DNA of 45,008 nucleotides from Octopus bimaculoides (lineage: Eukaryota): assembly GCF_001194135.2 (NCBI RefSeq), contig NC_068981.1, positions 197,942,863 through 197,987,870 on the forward strand. The letters run 5' to 3'. Positions 12,640-25,995 of the stretch are shown in pieces; positions within the stretch are counted from its first letter, which is position 1; each line of letters opens with the position of its first letter. The position numbers and the translations under genes are program-made. The notes under the pieces were generated by a model. It saw only the letters and a program-made list of their open reading frames with translations. It did not search any database and was not told the origin of the DNA.

Positions 12640-13760
12640 TTGTTACCCATCTAGTTTACTTCTGCCTTACCATAGTTCTTGTTTGGCCAAACTGGAGCTT
12701 TACTTTTCCACTTTCTATGGAAGGGATGCATTCCACTGGTCAAGCAGTTCATCTATTGCCAGCACTCTCTGCAGATTTTCCTGGACAGTGAACTGGTATG
12801 ATCTCTGCAATTCATCTCTTTGACGGAACTGCAACCCTTTGTCAAGAAAAGGACAAGATTGGGTGCTTAGCACCTGGAATGTTGTCCAGTGTTCACTGCT
12901 CTCCTTCGGTCAGGAAATATGGTCAGTGGTAGTTGTATGTTAGCAATACATGCGGATCTGGTGGGTGAGTCCAGTGACGTTCTTAAGCAAAACTCTGGGT
13001 GTTGATAAGGACGAACTAGCTGGTCTGTTTCGAGGGACTTTCAGGAGAGGAACTACAATGGATAACTTCCAGAAATCTTTGGTCTGGCAGTGCTACCAAG
13101 GAGTATAACCAGTTCTAGATAAACACTCCAGGTGGGTCTGCCCAAGATGAAACCATACTGCACGCACTCATACAGTGTCCAAACATTGCTGACTTGTGCA
13201 GTTATATTGAGTAGCTGTTGTGATGTGTTGGACAAATCTATTGGCTGAGACCATTGTGAGGTTTGTCCCCGCTGCCCAGGCAGTGTTTCTCTGTCTTGTG
13301 GCTATAGTGGCTGAGGCTGAAAGGGTTAAGCATAGACCCCTTTCTCTTCAGTCGAGTCCTCATTGACTTTTTAAAGTTGTATTTCCAAAAGAAAGTGAGG
13401 GTAAAGAGGAAAATGCTCCCACTCGGTGAATTTCTTAAGAATGGTTGGAGTGAATGACCGTTTCTCTATGCTGTGCCTATAGATTGGAAAATAGTAGTTG
13501 GTTGAGGGTTTGATCCCTTTGTGTTCAGGGTGACCCTGGATTATGGGGTTTCTTGATTGACCTTAGAGGACAGCATCATTCATGTATTCACATATTTTGT
13601 ACACCATACATTTTATCTCATTTGCCCCTACTCTCCCTTTCTTTCCCTCATCTTTTGTGTAAACCCCCACATAAATTGTAAACTGTACTTATGTCCTCCT
13701 CAGCTGATGTTTCTGTGGCAAATAAAATAAATCATTATTATTATTATTATTATTATTATC
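12640..13760 (+). mobile_element. L1/Tx1-clade LINE 3' remnant
   Basis: Frames give FLWKGCIPLVKQ (~12713), WQCYQG (~13085) and QDETILHALIQCP (13143-13181; C-terminal zinc-knuckle region of L1/Tx1 ORF2). Ends in AATAAA followed by a (TTA)n tail at 13735-13760. Confidence 0.7.
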
Positions 13761-13969
13761 ATTATATGAAAACTCACAGCTTATTTTGCTGGGTATGGAT
13801 GGAAAGTGTCATCTGTCCACAGTCAGCAGACTAAGGGGACACTTGTTTATTGGTCATGCTTCAAGAACTCTGCCAAGAATTCTTGCAGTCCCAAGCAATT
13901 CTGATTTTCTGTAGGTGTTCTACCTTCGCACTTGCACCATATTATTATTGTTGTTGTTGTTATTATTGT

Positions 13970-14180
13970 GGTAGCAAGCTAGCAGAACTATTAGTGTATT
14001 GTACAAAATGTTTGGCAGCAGTTCTTCCAGCAATCTGCATTTTGAGTTCCAATCCTGCCAAGGTCAACCTTGTCTTTCGTCCTTTAGGAGGCTGATAAAC
14101 TAAATACCGGTCAAAAGCTGGGGTTGGTGTAATCAACTCCTCACCCTCAACATTGCTGGCCTTGTGCCAAAATTAGAACT
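13970..14180 (+). mobile_element. SINE family B, degenerate
   Basis: AAGCTAGCAGAACTATTAG...GAGTTCCAATCCTGCCAAGGTCAAC matches the family B head. Confidence 0.65.
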
Positions 14181-14694
14181 ATAATTACTTTTGTTGTTAC
14201 TAAACAAAAAACTCACCCTGAAGAGTCATTATTTGTGGAATAATAAGACTTGTCTGAACTCACTCTGTTCCGGCTGAATGACTCTGCAAGTTATTGCCAA
14301 CTTGTAAACATTGACTGCATCACTGGCTGACCATTAATTATAAATACACACTGTATTTATAGACACAGCGCCACTAAATAAGGGTCAATGTATTTGAAGT
14401 AGAATATCATTGTTTTCTATTCCTCTCTCTCTCTCTCTCTCATTTAATTTTCTCTTGGCCAGCATCATCATCATCATCATCCTTTTTTTCTTGCAATTAA
14501 TATAAATACATAATAGAAATATATATTAAAGCTAATTTACTTTCAGTTTTGTTTATTGGTATATTTCAAGCCATTTATTGCAGTTTTCTCTCTCTCACTC
14601 TCACACACATTATACACATATATATATGTGTGTGCCCCAACAGAGCTAACAGCTGACTGGCTGAAACTAATGAAAGCAAAAGTGTTTGTGTGTG

Positions 14695-14890
14695 TATGCT
14701 AAGTTACAGGGTCATAAACACACCAACAGCAGTTGTGAAGCAGTGGCGGTGGTGGGGTGCAAACACAGACCAACATGTTATGGAAATCCACTTGCAAGGC
14801 TTTGGACAGCCTGAGGCTATGGTAGAAGATACCTGCTCAAGGTGCCTTGCAGTGGGGCTGAACTCGGGGACTGTGTGGTTGAGAAACAAA
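14695..14890 (-). mobile_element. SINE family A, degenerate and internally deleted
   Basis: Reverse complement matches family A (GATACCTGCTCAAGGTGCCTTGCAGTGGGGCTGAAC on +). Confidence 0.7.
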
Positions 14891-15004
14891 CTTAGAAATA
14901 TAATCTCCAGATGTTACAGGTTTTAAAAGCAACAAAATGATAGAACTAAAGCAATGATGTAGAGCAGTGATTCCCAGCCTGGGGTCCGTGAATTAAATTC
15001 AAAA

Positions 15005-15050
<46 letters not shown>

Positions 15051-15059
15051 ATATATCTC

Positions 15060-15555
15060 ATCATCAATTAATGTCTGTTCTCCATGTTGGCATGGGTTGG
15101 ACAGTTTGACCGGGTTGGCATGTTGGGAGGCTGCGACTGGATCCAGTCTGATTTGGCATGGGTTTTTATGGCTGGATGCCCTTCCTGACGCCAACCACTC
15201 TAAGAGTGTAATGGGTGCTTTTACGTGCCACCAGTATCTGCCACAACTGCATTTTCATTTGGCTTCATGGGTCTTCTTCTCAAGCATGGCATAATGCCAA
15301 GGGTCTCGGTCATTGCCTCTGAGAGGCCCAACACTCGNNNNNNNNNNNNNNNNNNNNNNNNNNNNNNNNNNNNNNNNNNNNNNNNNNNNNNNNNNNNNNN
15401 NNNNNNNNNNNNNNNNNNNNNNNNNNNNNNNNNNNNNTATGTGACACCGGTTTCAGCCACAACTACAGTTTCACTTGGCTTGATAAGTTTTCTCAAGCAT
15501 AGCATATTGCCAAAGGTGTTGGTCTCTTGTCACTGCCTCCATGAGGCCCAGTGTT
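15060..15555 (-). mobile_element. RTE-type LINE 3' fragments (family C), split by an N-gap
   Basis: CATCATCA...TTCTCCATGTTGGCATGGGTTGG tail on +; minus translation VLGLSEAMTE matches the ORF2 C-terminus at 23365-23682. Confidence 0.75.
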
Positions 15556-15559
15556 GGGC

Positions 15560-15692
15560 CGCTTTAGTGAATCAAAAAGGAGTGATGTTTCATCAGGACA
15601 ATGCGCAGCCCCACACTGCAAAGATCACATCTCAGAAGATCGAAGAGCTTGGTTGGGAAAAAATTCCTCATCCACCTTATTCTGCCGACCTT
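15560..15692 (+). mobile_element. Mariner (Tc1/mariner) transposase catalytic fragment
   Basis: Translation LVNQKGVMFHQDNAQPHTAKITSQKIEELGWEKIPHPPYSADL contains the QDNA second Asp and the HPPYSPDL-type motif. Runs into the gap at 15693. Confidence 0.9.
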
Positions 15693-16030
15693 NNNNNNNN
15701 NNNNNNNNNNNNNNNNNNNNNNNNNNNNNNNNNNNNNNNNNNNNNNNNNNNNNNNNNNNNNNNNNNNNNNNNNNNNNNNNNNNNNNNNNNNNNNNNNNNN
15801 NNNNNNNNNNNNNNNNNNNNNNNNNNNNNNNNNNNNNNNNNNNNNNNNNNNNNNNNNNNNNNNNNNNNNNNNNNNNNNNNNNNNNNNNNNNNNNNNNNNN
15901 NNNNNNNNNNNNNNNNNNNNNNNNNNNNNNNNNNNNNNNNNNNNNNNNNNNNNNNNNNNNNNNNNNNNNNNNNNNNNNNNNNNNNNNNNNNNNNNNNNNN
16001 NNNNNNNNNNNNNNNNNNNNNNNNNNNNNN

Positions 16031-16083
<53 letters not shown>

Positions 16084-16599
16084 TATTTGATACTGTAAAA
16101 GACACATGGGCAGATTAGATGTACCACGGTTCTGGTCGTGCATATTCCTGAAAACGAGTTTCTAATACATTGAAGTTTATGGGAGAACCATCTTTGCACA
16201 AAGTGTAACATTTTGAGACATTTTGGGGGAAAATGATGTGAGTTTTGTATACCATAAAATCTGGTATATTCTTTTAGTAGAGTGTATAATGGCAATGTTT
16301 GCCAAAGTTTGGTAAGTTGTATATCACGCGTACATTGCCTTGTGTTCTTTGAGTCAGCTTGTTCATTTTATTTACTCCAAACCATTTGCAAGGTAAATAT
16401 TTAGAACAATAACAATGAACTTATTGTATTCAGAGTTCAGGTATACTGCAATTTGTCAGAAAAGGTTAAAGGAGGGGTCAGAAAACAGCCCTAATAAGTC
16501 AAAGAAAGACAGCAATGAAAGGTAGGAAACACAGAACAAAGTACAAAAAGAATAAGTGAATAAGAGCCATAAAGGGAAAAGGGTGGATGGGCATGTCAG

Positions 16600-16830
16600 G
16601 AGTATTTTGGGGGAATTTTGGGAATCGTGGGATTTTTGAAGGATGCAGTATCCTGACAGATAACAACTGATGTGAATAGTTTATTCCAGGCTTTGATCAT
16701 TTTGAGTGTGAAAATCTGTTTTGGAAGTCCTAGGTGCTGTGCTGGGTTTTTTTCCCCTTGTTTAATTTTATTTTATGAAGTGTGTCCCGGAATGGGAGAT
16801 GTATCAAACTCCATTTGTAAAACTACTGTT
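16600..16830 (-). mobile_element. CR1-clade LINE 3' remnant
   Basis: Minus frame TLKMIKAWNKLFTSVVICQDTASFK resembles the CR1 ORF2 C-terminal FF..RV...WN.LP..VV....SFK motif; frameshifted. Confidence 0.55.
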
Positions 16831-16853
16831 CTTTCATCCACTCCTCTGTACTT

Positions 16854-16956
<103 letters not shown>

Positions 16957-17196
16957 TCCTCCTTAAATCCCCAAAGCCAACATCATGAATGTGGAAAAAC
17001 TTGCTACCATGCTGAATATATTTCCTGGCAAATTTGTAAGACCAAGGAATTGGTAAACTATGGATGGGTTTTGATTTCAATCTATATTCCTCACAACATA
17101 AGTTGATTTAGTTCCAAAAATTAAATTTGAAGAATTTAAATTGGATTTGACCAACTTCAGAACTCTTGCTTTTGGAGTTATTATTGTCTATTAATT

Positions 17197-17577
17197 AGGA
17201 GCGGGTGTGGCTGTGTAGTAAGAATCTTGCTTCCCGACCACATGGTTGTTGGTTCAATCCCACTGCATGGCACCTTGGGTAAATATCTTCTACAGTAGCC
17301 TCAGGCCAACCAAAGCCTTGTGAGTGGATTTGACAGATGGAAACTGAAAAAAGCCCCCCACCTCTCTCTGTTTGTCCCCTACCACTGCTTGACAACCATT
17401 GTTGGTGTATTTATGTCCCCCATAATCTAGCAGTTTGGCAAAAGAGACTGATAGAATAATAGGCTCAAAACAACAACAGAAAAAAAGTCCTGAGGTCAAT
17501 TTATTTGACTAAAAGTTGAAGGTAGTGCCCCAGCATGGCCACAATCTAATGACTGAAACAAGTAGGAGATAAATGAA
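17197..17577 (+). mobile_element. SINE family A, near full length
   Basis: Head GTGTGGCTGTGTAGTAAG, B-box-like GGTTCAATCCC, CACCTTGGGTAAAT, tail CCCAGCATGGCCAC...GACTGAAACAAGTA. Confidence 0.85.
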
Positions 17578-17874
17578 TTAAATTAACACATTAGAGCTTT
17601 TTTCTATAATCATCAAAGCCCCATGACTTTTCTGTAATAGTTTACTTGTGTGTGATTTGAACTCCTAACTCTTAATATACTGTATCCCTTGTTCCATGAT
17701 CTCTAATGTAGTATTTGATAAACTGTGGTAGGTTTTACTGTTCACCAAAGACGTTTCCCAAGTATAGCTGTACAAGACCAATCTCGGTGCCCATCTCTTC
17801 AACTGTCCTAGCTGCACGGTTATATGTGAGGAAGATGTGGATTAGCATGAAAAATGCTTTGAATATCACTGTAG

Positions 17875-18180
17875 AAGTGTTGGGTCTCACGGAGGCAATG
17901 AGGGAGACCTTTGCTATTATTTCATGCTTGAGAAGAAGACCCATCAAGCCAAGCAAAATTGCAGTCATGGCAGATACCAGTGTCATACAAATGGCACCCA
18001 TGCCAGTGGCACGTAGAAGCACCCATTATACTTTCAGAGTGGTTGGCATGAGGAAGGGCATCCAGTTGTAGAAACCGCACCAAATCAGACTGGAGCCTGG
18101 TGCAGCCTTCCAGCTTACCAGCCCTGGTCAAACCATCCCATCAATGCTAGCATGGACAATGGACATTAAATGATAATGAA
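17875..18180 (+). mobile_element. RTE-type LINE 3' fragment (family C)
   Basis: TTGGGTCTCACGGAGGCAATG (LGLTEAM) through the tail GCTAGCATGGACAATGGACATTAAATGAT. Confidence 0.8.
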
Positions 18181-18420
18181 ACATATCAAAAGCAGAGTGA
18201 CATGAACAATGCGATCATGGAATATTGAAGGCACAAATTCACCATGGGCCAGGCATGTTGCAATGTTCACAGACAACAGGTAGGCTCGTGCAGTTGTTGG
18301 GTGGTATCAAAGTGATCGAAAGAGAGCCCTTGGAAGACCAGTCCAATAATTTGGGTTCGAATGGAAGAAAAAAAAGGTGCAAAGGAAGGATAGAAGTAGA
18401 GACATCTGATGGTTTGGTTG
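18180..18420 (+). mobile_element. Older RTE-like LINE ORF2 C-terminal remnant
   Basis: Frame WARHVAMFTDNR*ARAVVGWYQSDRKRALGRP matches the RTE WAGHVAR..D.RW.......W.P...KR..GRP motif. Confidence 0.7.
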
Positions 18421-18843
18421 ATGAAGAATTATTACAATCAGCTTCAGTTGTAGTCTATTGGTGACTTGCATCTTTAAAGATACCATTTGCAATGTAATCA
18501 TTTCTCACAGCTGTTAAGGTTTGTGGTTTGAGAAGGAATGCTTTCACATCATAAGTTTGATAACATTAACATAAGAAAAGAACATGGCTTTTAATTCTGT
18601 TATGTTTCAATGTCATTTGAAAGAGAAGAATAAAGTGGAACAAGTTCATTCTCACATAAATATGATTTCAGCTGATCAGGGTGAGTGTGAGGGTGTTTGT
18701 GGGTGTGTTCATACCTTTGAATTCTTCCTGTTCAGTGCAACCTTGAAACTATAACAATAAACCTGTTTTTCTCTTCTTTACTCAGTAGCAGTGTGGTGTA
18801 GACTTGATACTGTACGAGTCGTGACTAGTCTTACAGCTCTCTT

Positions 18844-18874
<31 letters not shown>

Positions 18875-19534
18875 TCAAGCTTACATCATACTTTGAAAGA
18901 AAAGTGTTGATTGCAGCCAGGTTTATTGACCACAAATATTGATGACTATCCTCTTAGCGTCACCAAACTGGATAGCAATAAAGGTAACAAGAGTTCAATA
19001 CCAAACCAGTCATTCATACAAATTTACCACACCTTCACTCTCTCACCTTTTGCTAATCAGTTATTAAGGGTTGTTTTTTTTTCTACTGAGTTTTAAGTAA
19101 AGATAATTTGGTACTTATAATGCTGAGACTTTCCTTAACTCCTTATCATTTAAAGCAGCCATTGTCAGGGCCAAATATTTTAATTGTTTTATATTCAAAC
19201 TGGTGTGATACAGCCTCTCACACTTGCTCTACAATGTCATTCTAAACATAAATAATTGATCCATTGAAATCTCAAAGCTACAAGATAATGTTCAGTTAAG
19301 ACACTTGCCCAAGGTGCTACACAGTGAGATTGAACCTAAAACCATGTGGGTGGGAAGTGATCTTCTTCACCATATGGCCATGCATGTGAGATTTTTAACC
19401 CAAACTATTCAATATCATCTACTCCAAGAATTTTCTAATTTGATATCTTTTTGAGCATTTCTTTCACTTTCTCACCTGTAATATTGATATTCTCTAAGGT
19501 GAGAAAATCATACAGGCAGTGTCATTTATCTCCT

Positions 19535-19895
19535 GTCTTTCATGAACACAGGCCTCACGGAGGCAAGGTGGATGAGTTGCTTTCAAGCGTTGGGTCTCAC
19601 AGAGGCTATGATCAAGACCTTTGGCATTATGTCGTGCTTGAGAAGAAGACCCATCAAGCTAAGCAAAATCAGTTGTGGCAGATACTGGTGTCACACAAAT
19701 GGCACCTATGCTGGTGGCACATAAAAGCACCCATTACACTCTGAGTGGTTGGCATTAGGAAGGGCTTCCAGCCATAGAAGACCATACCAAATCAGACTGG
19801 AGTCTGGTGCAGCCTTCCAGCATGCCAGCCCTGGTCAAACTGTCTGACCCATGACAGCATGGACAATGGACATTAGATGATGATGATGATGATGA
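19535..19895 (+). mobile_element. RTE-type LINE 3' fragment (family C)
   Basis: Homologous to 17875-18180; ends in a (GAT)n tail at ~19878-19897. Confidence 0.8.
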
Positions 19896-22800
19896 TGTCC
19901 AGCCATGGGGAAAATATTACCTTATTTGAAAAGAAGGAAGAGTTAACAATAAAAAGAGCATCCAGCTAGAGAAAATCTGCCTCAGCTAATTCTGTCCTAC
20001 CCATACTAGCATGGGGAAAGCGGATGTTAAAACAATGGTGTTGATGATGATGGTGATGGAGACAAAACTATTTCCCGATGACAAGTCTTTGAGATAAGAT
20101 ATTTTACCCTTGGTCAGTTAGCTGGCCATTCTCTCACCATCATCATTTAACATTTTTTTTTTCTGCTGGCATGGGTTGGGATGGTTTGACAGGAATTGAC
20201 AAGGCTCAGAGCTGCACCTGGTTCCTTTGTCTGTCTTGCATAGTTTCTGCCACTGGATGCCCTTCCTAATGCCAACCACTCGACAGAGTGGACTGGGTGC
20301 TTCTTACATGGCGCCGGTGCTTTCTTATTTCATCCTGTTATGTATTCATATTATTTCCTATAAATTCATATATTCTATACTATGCATTCTGCTCAGTCAT
20401 TCCTTGCTAAAAATGCCAGTGTAAATGGTTCTCTAAAAGACATAGTAACTCTCAAAGACTACACAGCACTGTCAAAGTCTATCTAAGAATAAAGTTCAAT
20501 GCTGTAATGGAATTGCATAGGTTTAGTTGCCTCTATGGATCTCGTGCGTCTCCTCTTCAAAGTCACAGCTAAACTATTGAATGACTCAGTCACATTAACT
20601 ACAAACAGGTTCTATAAGTAGGTTAGGGTTTATGGTAGGATGCTGTATAATTAATTGTTTTGTTTGCTGTGAAATCCTGCCATTGGCCTGAAGAAGGCAG
20701 TAAGGAGATGCTCCTGTGGGTCAGTCAGCTTTCAAACCACACTCCTTAATCATTATTAGTTTGGATTTGAATTTCGTTTAGTGTTTTGCATGTGTGTGTG
20801 TGTGTGTGTGAGACCTCATTAATACGTCCACCATCAGCATCACCTGGTAGAAGTGTTGTTGAATTATTTGGCATTTCTGACCTGATGATGGTTTGTTCTT
20901 CCAGCATTGACTTGGGTGGTGTTTCAAACAATGTGGAATGTTTCTCTTTTGCAAACAAAGAGATGAAGCTGAATTCCTAAAATTATCCTTAGGTAATCAG
21001 ATAAGAGAGGTTTTATAGCGAGAAGCGTTCTGGTTTGGTAAATTCTATCTCAACTATAAAAGAGTATCAAAGGAAGGGATGGCAGTAAATAGTGTTAAGG
21101 GTGGAGGTGACTGATAATCAACAACTTGATAATACCAGTGGTATGTTAACGAAGACACTTCATTAGCAAAGTAAGAGATAATGAGGATTTATTAACACCC
21201 TCAACAAGATGATTTTATATCAATTACAGCTTGGCTTAAGACACTTACACACCTCCTCTTATCTCTTTACATCTCTTTAATATCAGTCTTAAATACATGA
21301 AGACTTAACTAGATCTGCTTTAAGACTTCCAAATGGTTGGGAGCCCAGCTGGTAAATTCCTGAAATAGATTAATTTTTCATATTTTTTGTGATAAAAAAA
21401 AATTTCTGTTACTCCTCCTTTTAAACTGTTAGAGCCAAGACTCATCACTTATTGAGTTACTACATACACACACACACACACACATACAAACACGTCCTTC
21501 CTTCACATGTTGCATTAATGCCACATGTACAATTATTGGTGGTGTTTAACCCCAGGTCAATCTTAATCAAGTGTGCTTGTATTCGTTGACCAACACAGCT
21601 GTTTCTTGACTGAGAACTCCATTACCCATTGTGTCCTTCATTTTTAAGTTGGTAGGATGTGATTCCATGAAAGAGACTTGACTGCTATTTCTTTCATGTC
21701 AAGCAACCACAAAGAGACTACTCTGTCTTTATCTCTTTATCTCGAACGATTTCTCCACTAATCTTGTGCAATAAACTAGGTGAGCTGGCAGAAATGTTTG
21801 CACGCCGGGTGAAATGCTTAGTGGTATTTCGTCTGTCTTTACATTCTGGGTTCAAATTCCACTGTCAACTTTGCCTTTTACCAACCACATTCGAATGGTG
21901 CTTTTTACATGCTATCGGCACAGGATCCAGTTGAGGGGCGGGGTCTGGTATCGACCTCGTTCAGATGGTGCTATCAACAGCGACTCAGGGGAACACTAAC
22001 TTTAGCTTTAGTTTCCTGAGGTGTTAAATTCAAATTATTCAAGTGTTAATACTCTCTAGAGAGAGCAAGGTCCTGGAAGAGAGAGAGAAAGAGAGAACAT
22101 GTTCCACTTCAGTGTAGTTACATCAATACCTTTTTGGAATTCCTTTCTTGACTGAGCTAACTCGGCTTCATGTGTTGACGTCCACGGGAGACCACCATTA
22201 GACATTGGCATTAAATCTCTTCAACTGTGTACGTGTTCTGCTTTGAGATATTTTAGGTCAGCAAATCAGTGCAACTCTTTGACAAAGTAATCATCACTTA
22301 TTGGCCCTGGAAAGATGAAAAATAAGGTTGACCCCAACATGATATCATGAAGCTGTAGAAGCTGTGTTACCAAATATCATCACCATCATCATCATTTAAT
22401 GTCTGTTTTCCATGTTGGCATGGGTTAGAGTTTGACAGGAGCTGGGAAGCTAGAGAGGGAACTGCACCAGGCTCCAATTTGTCTGTTTCGGCATGGTTTC
22501 TACCACAGGATGCCCTTCCTAACATCAACCACTTTACATAGTGTAGTGGGTGCTTTTTATGTGGGACCAGCACCAAATATATCCATTTTAATATATTGTT
22601 AATGTCCCATGGATGTCTGGAATTTCATATCGACCCAGTCAGGATTAGAACTCATTATTGTCGGAATAATGGTATTCTGAGTTCTAATCCATATTCTTTG
22701 ATCTCTGTTATCTATCATTCTGACATTGATCTTAATACCAATTATTAATCCAATTTAATGTTGTGAAATTTGAAAAGATTTTTGTTTATTTGTTGTATCT

Positions 22801-22939
22801 TTCGTCTTAAGCTTGCTTGCCAACCACTTGGTCCTGGGTTCAGTCCCACTTTAGGCACTTGGGCAAGTCTTCTACTATAGCCCAGCTTGACCACTGCCTT
22901 GTCATTTGGTAGATGGGAATTGAAAAAAGTCTGTCATAA

Positions 22940-23835
22940 CATCATCATCATCGTTTAACGTCCATTTTCTGTCATAGGACGATTCGACTGGGGGTCTAGG
23001 AAGCCAGGAGGCTGCACCAGGCTCCAATCTGATCTGGCAAGGTTTCTACAGCTGGATGCCCTTCCTAACGCCAACCACTCCAAGTGTGTAGTAGGTTCTG
23101 TTTACATGCCACTGGCATGGGAGCCAGTCAGGGGGTACTGGCATCAATCACATTCGGATAGTGCTTTTTACGTGTCACCAGCACAGGAGCCAGTCGGGGG
23201 TACTGGCATCGGCCACATTCGGATAGGAGGCACTGGCCACAGCTGCGATTTTGGTTTTACTTAACTCAACAGGTCTTCTCAAGCACATCATATCACCTGA
23301 TGCATCAAGGGATACTCTTAAATGGGCCGAGCATGCAACACTGGCACCAGCCATGGCTGCGATCTCACTTTAGCTGCCGGGTCTTCTCAAGCACAGCATA
23401 TCTCCAAAGGTCCCAGTCTCCTGTCATTGCCTCTGTGAGGCCCAATGTTTGATGGTCAGGTGTCACCATCTCATCCCATATCTTCCTGGGTCTACCGCTT
23501 CCACAGGTTCTGTCCACTGTTAGGGAATGGCACTTCCTCACACAGCTGTCCTCATCCATACGCAACACATGACCATACCAGTGCAGTCGTCTCTCTTGCA
23601 CACCACATCTGATGCTTCTTATGTCCAGCACTTCTCTCAGGGCGCTTACACTCTGTCGTGTATGCACACTGACATTACACATCCATCAGATCATGCTAGC
23701 TTCATTTCTTTCAAGCCTATGCATGTCCTCAGCAGTCATGGCCCATGTTTCACTGCTGTATAGCATGGCAGTTCACACACATGCCTCATACAGTCTACCT
23801 TTCATCCTGAGCGAGAGGCCCTTCATCTTGATATC
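22940..23835 (-). mobile_element. RTE-type LINE, 5'-truncated: ORF2 C-terminus + 3' UTR + (GAT)n tail
   Basis: ORF 23365-23682 RCGVQERRLHWYGHVLRMDEDSCVRKC...GRPRKIWDE is a typical RTE C-terminus. UTR has an internal ~60-bp tandem duplication (~23100-23225). Tail reads CATCATCATCATCGTTTAACGTCC on +. Confidence 0.9.
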
Positions 23836-25799
23836 ACATGATGATCATAACTAAATGTTACTGACATCCAAGAGATGTTGTTTGTTTCCAGTCTTCAATA
23901 AGGAAATACCTCCTTGCCTAGAAACAAATAAGGGTTAGCAACAGAAAGGGCATCCAGCTATAGAAAATCTGCCTTGGCAAATTCTGTCTGATCCATGCAA
24001 GTGTGGAAAAGTGGAAGCTGAACAATGACGAAGATACTGGGTTGTTTTTTTTACTAAAACCTAAAATAACTCCATTTTAAAATTTGCAGCTAAACAAGCT
24101 ATGAACTAAGATAAAATCCATTCTGTTTTCTAATTGTGAATTTTATGGATTTCAATGATTCTTTCAAATGTTTTCTTTCTACAAATTTTCTTCACACAAA
24201 AAGCCAGGTGCCTTAATTCAACTCAATCCCTGTGAAATGGCATTGTAATTTTATCAACATCATGTCTTCACACCTCAGAACCGATAAACACCACTTGTGA
24301 TATGATATTCTTCTTTTCGTAAAATGTTCCAAAAGTATTTCACTCAAAGCTCATCTTACCAACTTATGAAGAAAAGTCTTGTTTGTCTTTGCAGAAGTTG
24401 CCAACACACAAACTGATTTGCTCCAGCATGGCCATAGCTTTGGTAGCTAAAATAAAGTAGAGAATTGCAGATCTATTGAATTCCCCACCTATCATTTTCT
24501 CTCTTTCTCACCTGTTTCCTCCTCTGCAGTCTCTGTGTTACTCCAAACAACTAAAGGTGTGACTTGAGCTGTATTTTAAATAATTAATATGGCTGCTGTA
24601 ACAGCCGGCAACAGCATCTGCTGCTTCAATAAGTTCAGAGTAAAAATATCTTACCAATGATATAAAATAATAAATAATGATATAAAATAATTACTTTATC
24701 TTTACAGAAAAAAGTTCAATTATTTTTCCGGGGGTCTCAATTGTGAATAAAAATAAAATGAACATTTTCATATATTAACCTCTAGCAAAGTTGGTTACTC
24801 TGTGTGTGTGTGTGTGTGTGTGCACATGTGCAAAACAACGAGTTAAGAATAGATGTTATCTTCTGACACAGACCAAGTTATGTAAGAAATGTGTAGAGAT
24901 TGTAGAACTCTACTGGATGGAATCTTTCCTCCTATCTACTGAATAAAATCTGTTCATAAAGTTCTTGGTTTTGGAATATCATTGTTTTTGGAAGTCTTTT
25001 AGCAATGTTGTGTTGGTTCTTCATTTTGAACATACATGCAAGTGCACGTGTGTGTGTGTGTGTGTGTCTTTTGATGACAACACTTAAATAACGGTGACAT
25101 TTAACAATTAACATGTAATGTTCAGACAAGAAAATATGAACACACACACACACACACACACACACAACTTTACAGTGTGGGTGAATCCACAGTATTTGGT
25201 TAAATTAGATATACTTTGTGCAGCCCTTTCAGAAGTTTACGAAGTTTAGTTCATTAGTACTTAATTACGTTTTAGTATCAAAATTATTAGATTGGTTAAT
25301 GGTTGAATGTATGGTTCAGTCAGGTTATTCTTTGTGTTTTTTATGTATCATTTACCATTTACAGTTCTCTTCATATCTTAGACTAAATTTATTGAAAGGT
25401 TATATTTATCAGCCGGCACCTATTGTCTTCCAAAATACTATTTTCTCTCATTAATCTGCAGCCATGGGGTTTGAGTTTATTGGAACAAATTTAGATTTCT
25501 ACATTCATCTCAGACAAAACCAAAATAAAGAACGCTTGTAGTTAGAATAAGCTGTTAGTTTCCTGTAGTTTTGCTCTTTTGTTAAAAAAAGTGAATAAAA
25601 TTTTGGCAAAAATAATCAATAGTAATGTTAATTGTATTTATGGCACTATTTTTGTCATGTTTGATTAAAAAACTAATATTTTGTTCTCCAAATATTTCCT
25701 GGATTGTGTTGTTAGGATTGCATGGAGACTCTGTAGACAGACTTTCAGACTTGTCCAGTGTGAAGTTTCCATTTACAGAAGAATAGTGTGAGATAGGAT

Positions 25800-25995
25800 T
25801 CATCATCATCATCATCGTTTAACGTCTGCTTTCCATGCTGGCATGGGTTGGATGGTTTAACTGAGGACAGGTGAGCCAGAGGCTGCACCAGGCTCAATCT
25901 GATCTGTCAATGTTTCTACAGCTGGATGCCCTTCCTCACGCTAACCACTCTGAGAGTGTAGTGGGTGCTTTTATGTGCCACCAGCACGAGGGCCA
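25800..25995 (-). mobile_element. RTE-type LINE 3' tail (family C)
   Basis: CATCATCATCGTTTAACGTCTGCTTTCCATGCTGGCATGGGTTGG...GGATGCCCTTCC on +. Confidence 0.85.

Noticed and set aside
14211-14290. CTGAAGA followed by short inverted repeats (AGAGTCATT/AATGACTCT) as a possible hammerhead
   Set aside because: No GAAA after stem II and no stem I/III arrangement.
18672-18680. 9-nt phase-preserving microexon candidate TTTCAG|CTGATCAGG|GTGAGT
   Set aside because: Splice-like signals only, with a weak pyrimidine tract; expected by chance in 39 kb without RNA evidence.
19135-19290. Possible left part of a second TTAA MITE family (TTAACTCCTT...)
   Set aside because: Terminus is degenerate, and there is no right end or second copy in the window to support it.
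20746-20958. Minus-strand ORF with protein-like composition (ETPPKSMLEEQ...)
   Set aside because: No recognisable domain, weak splice sites, and it ends in a CA repeat.
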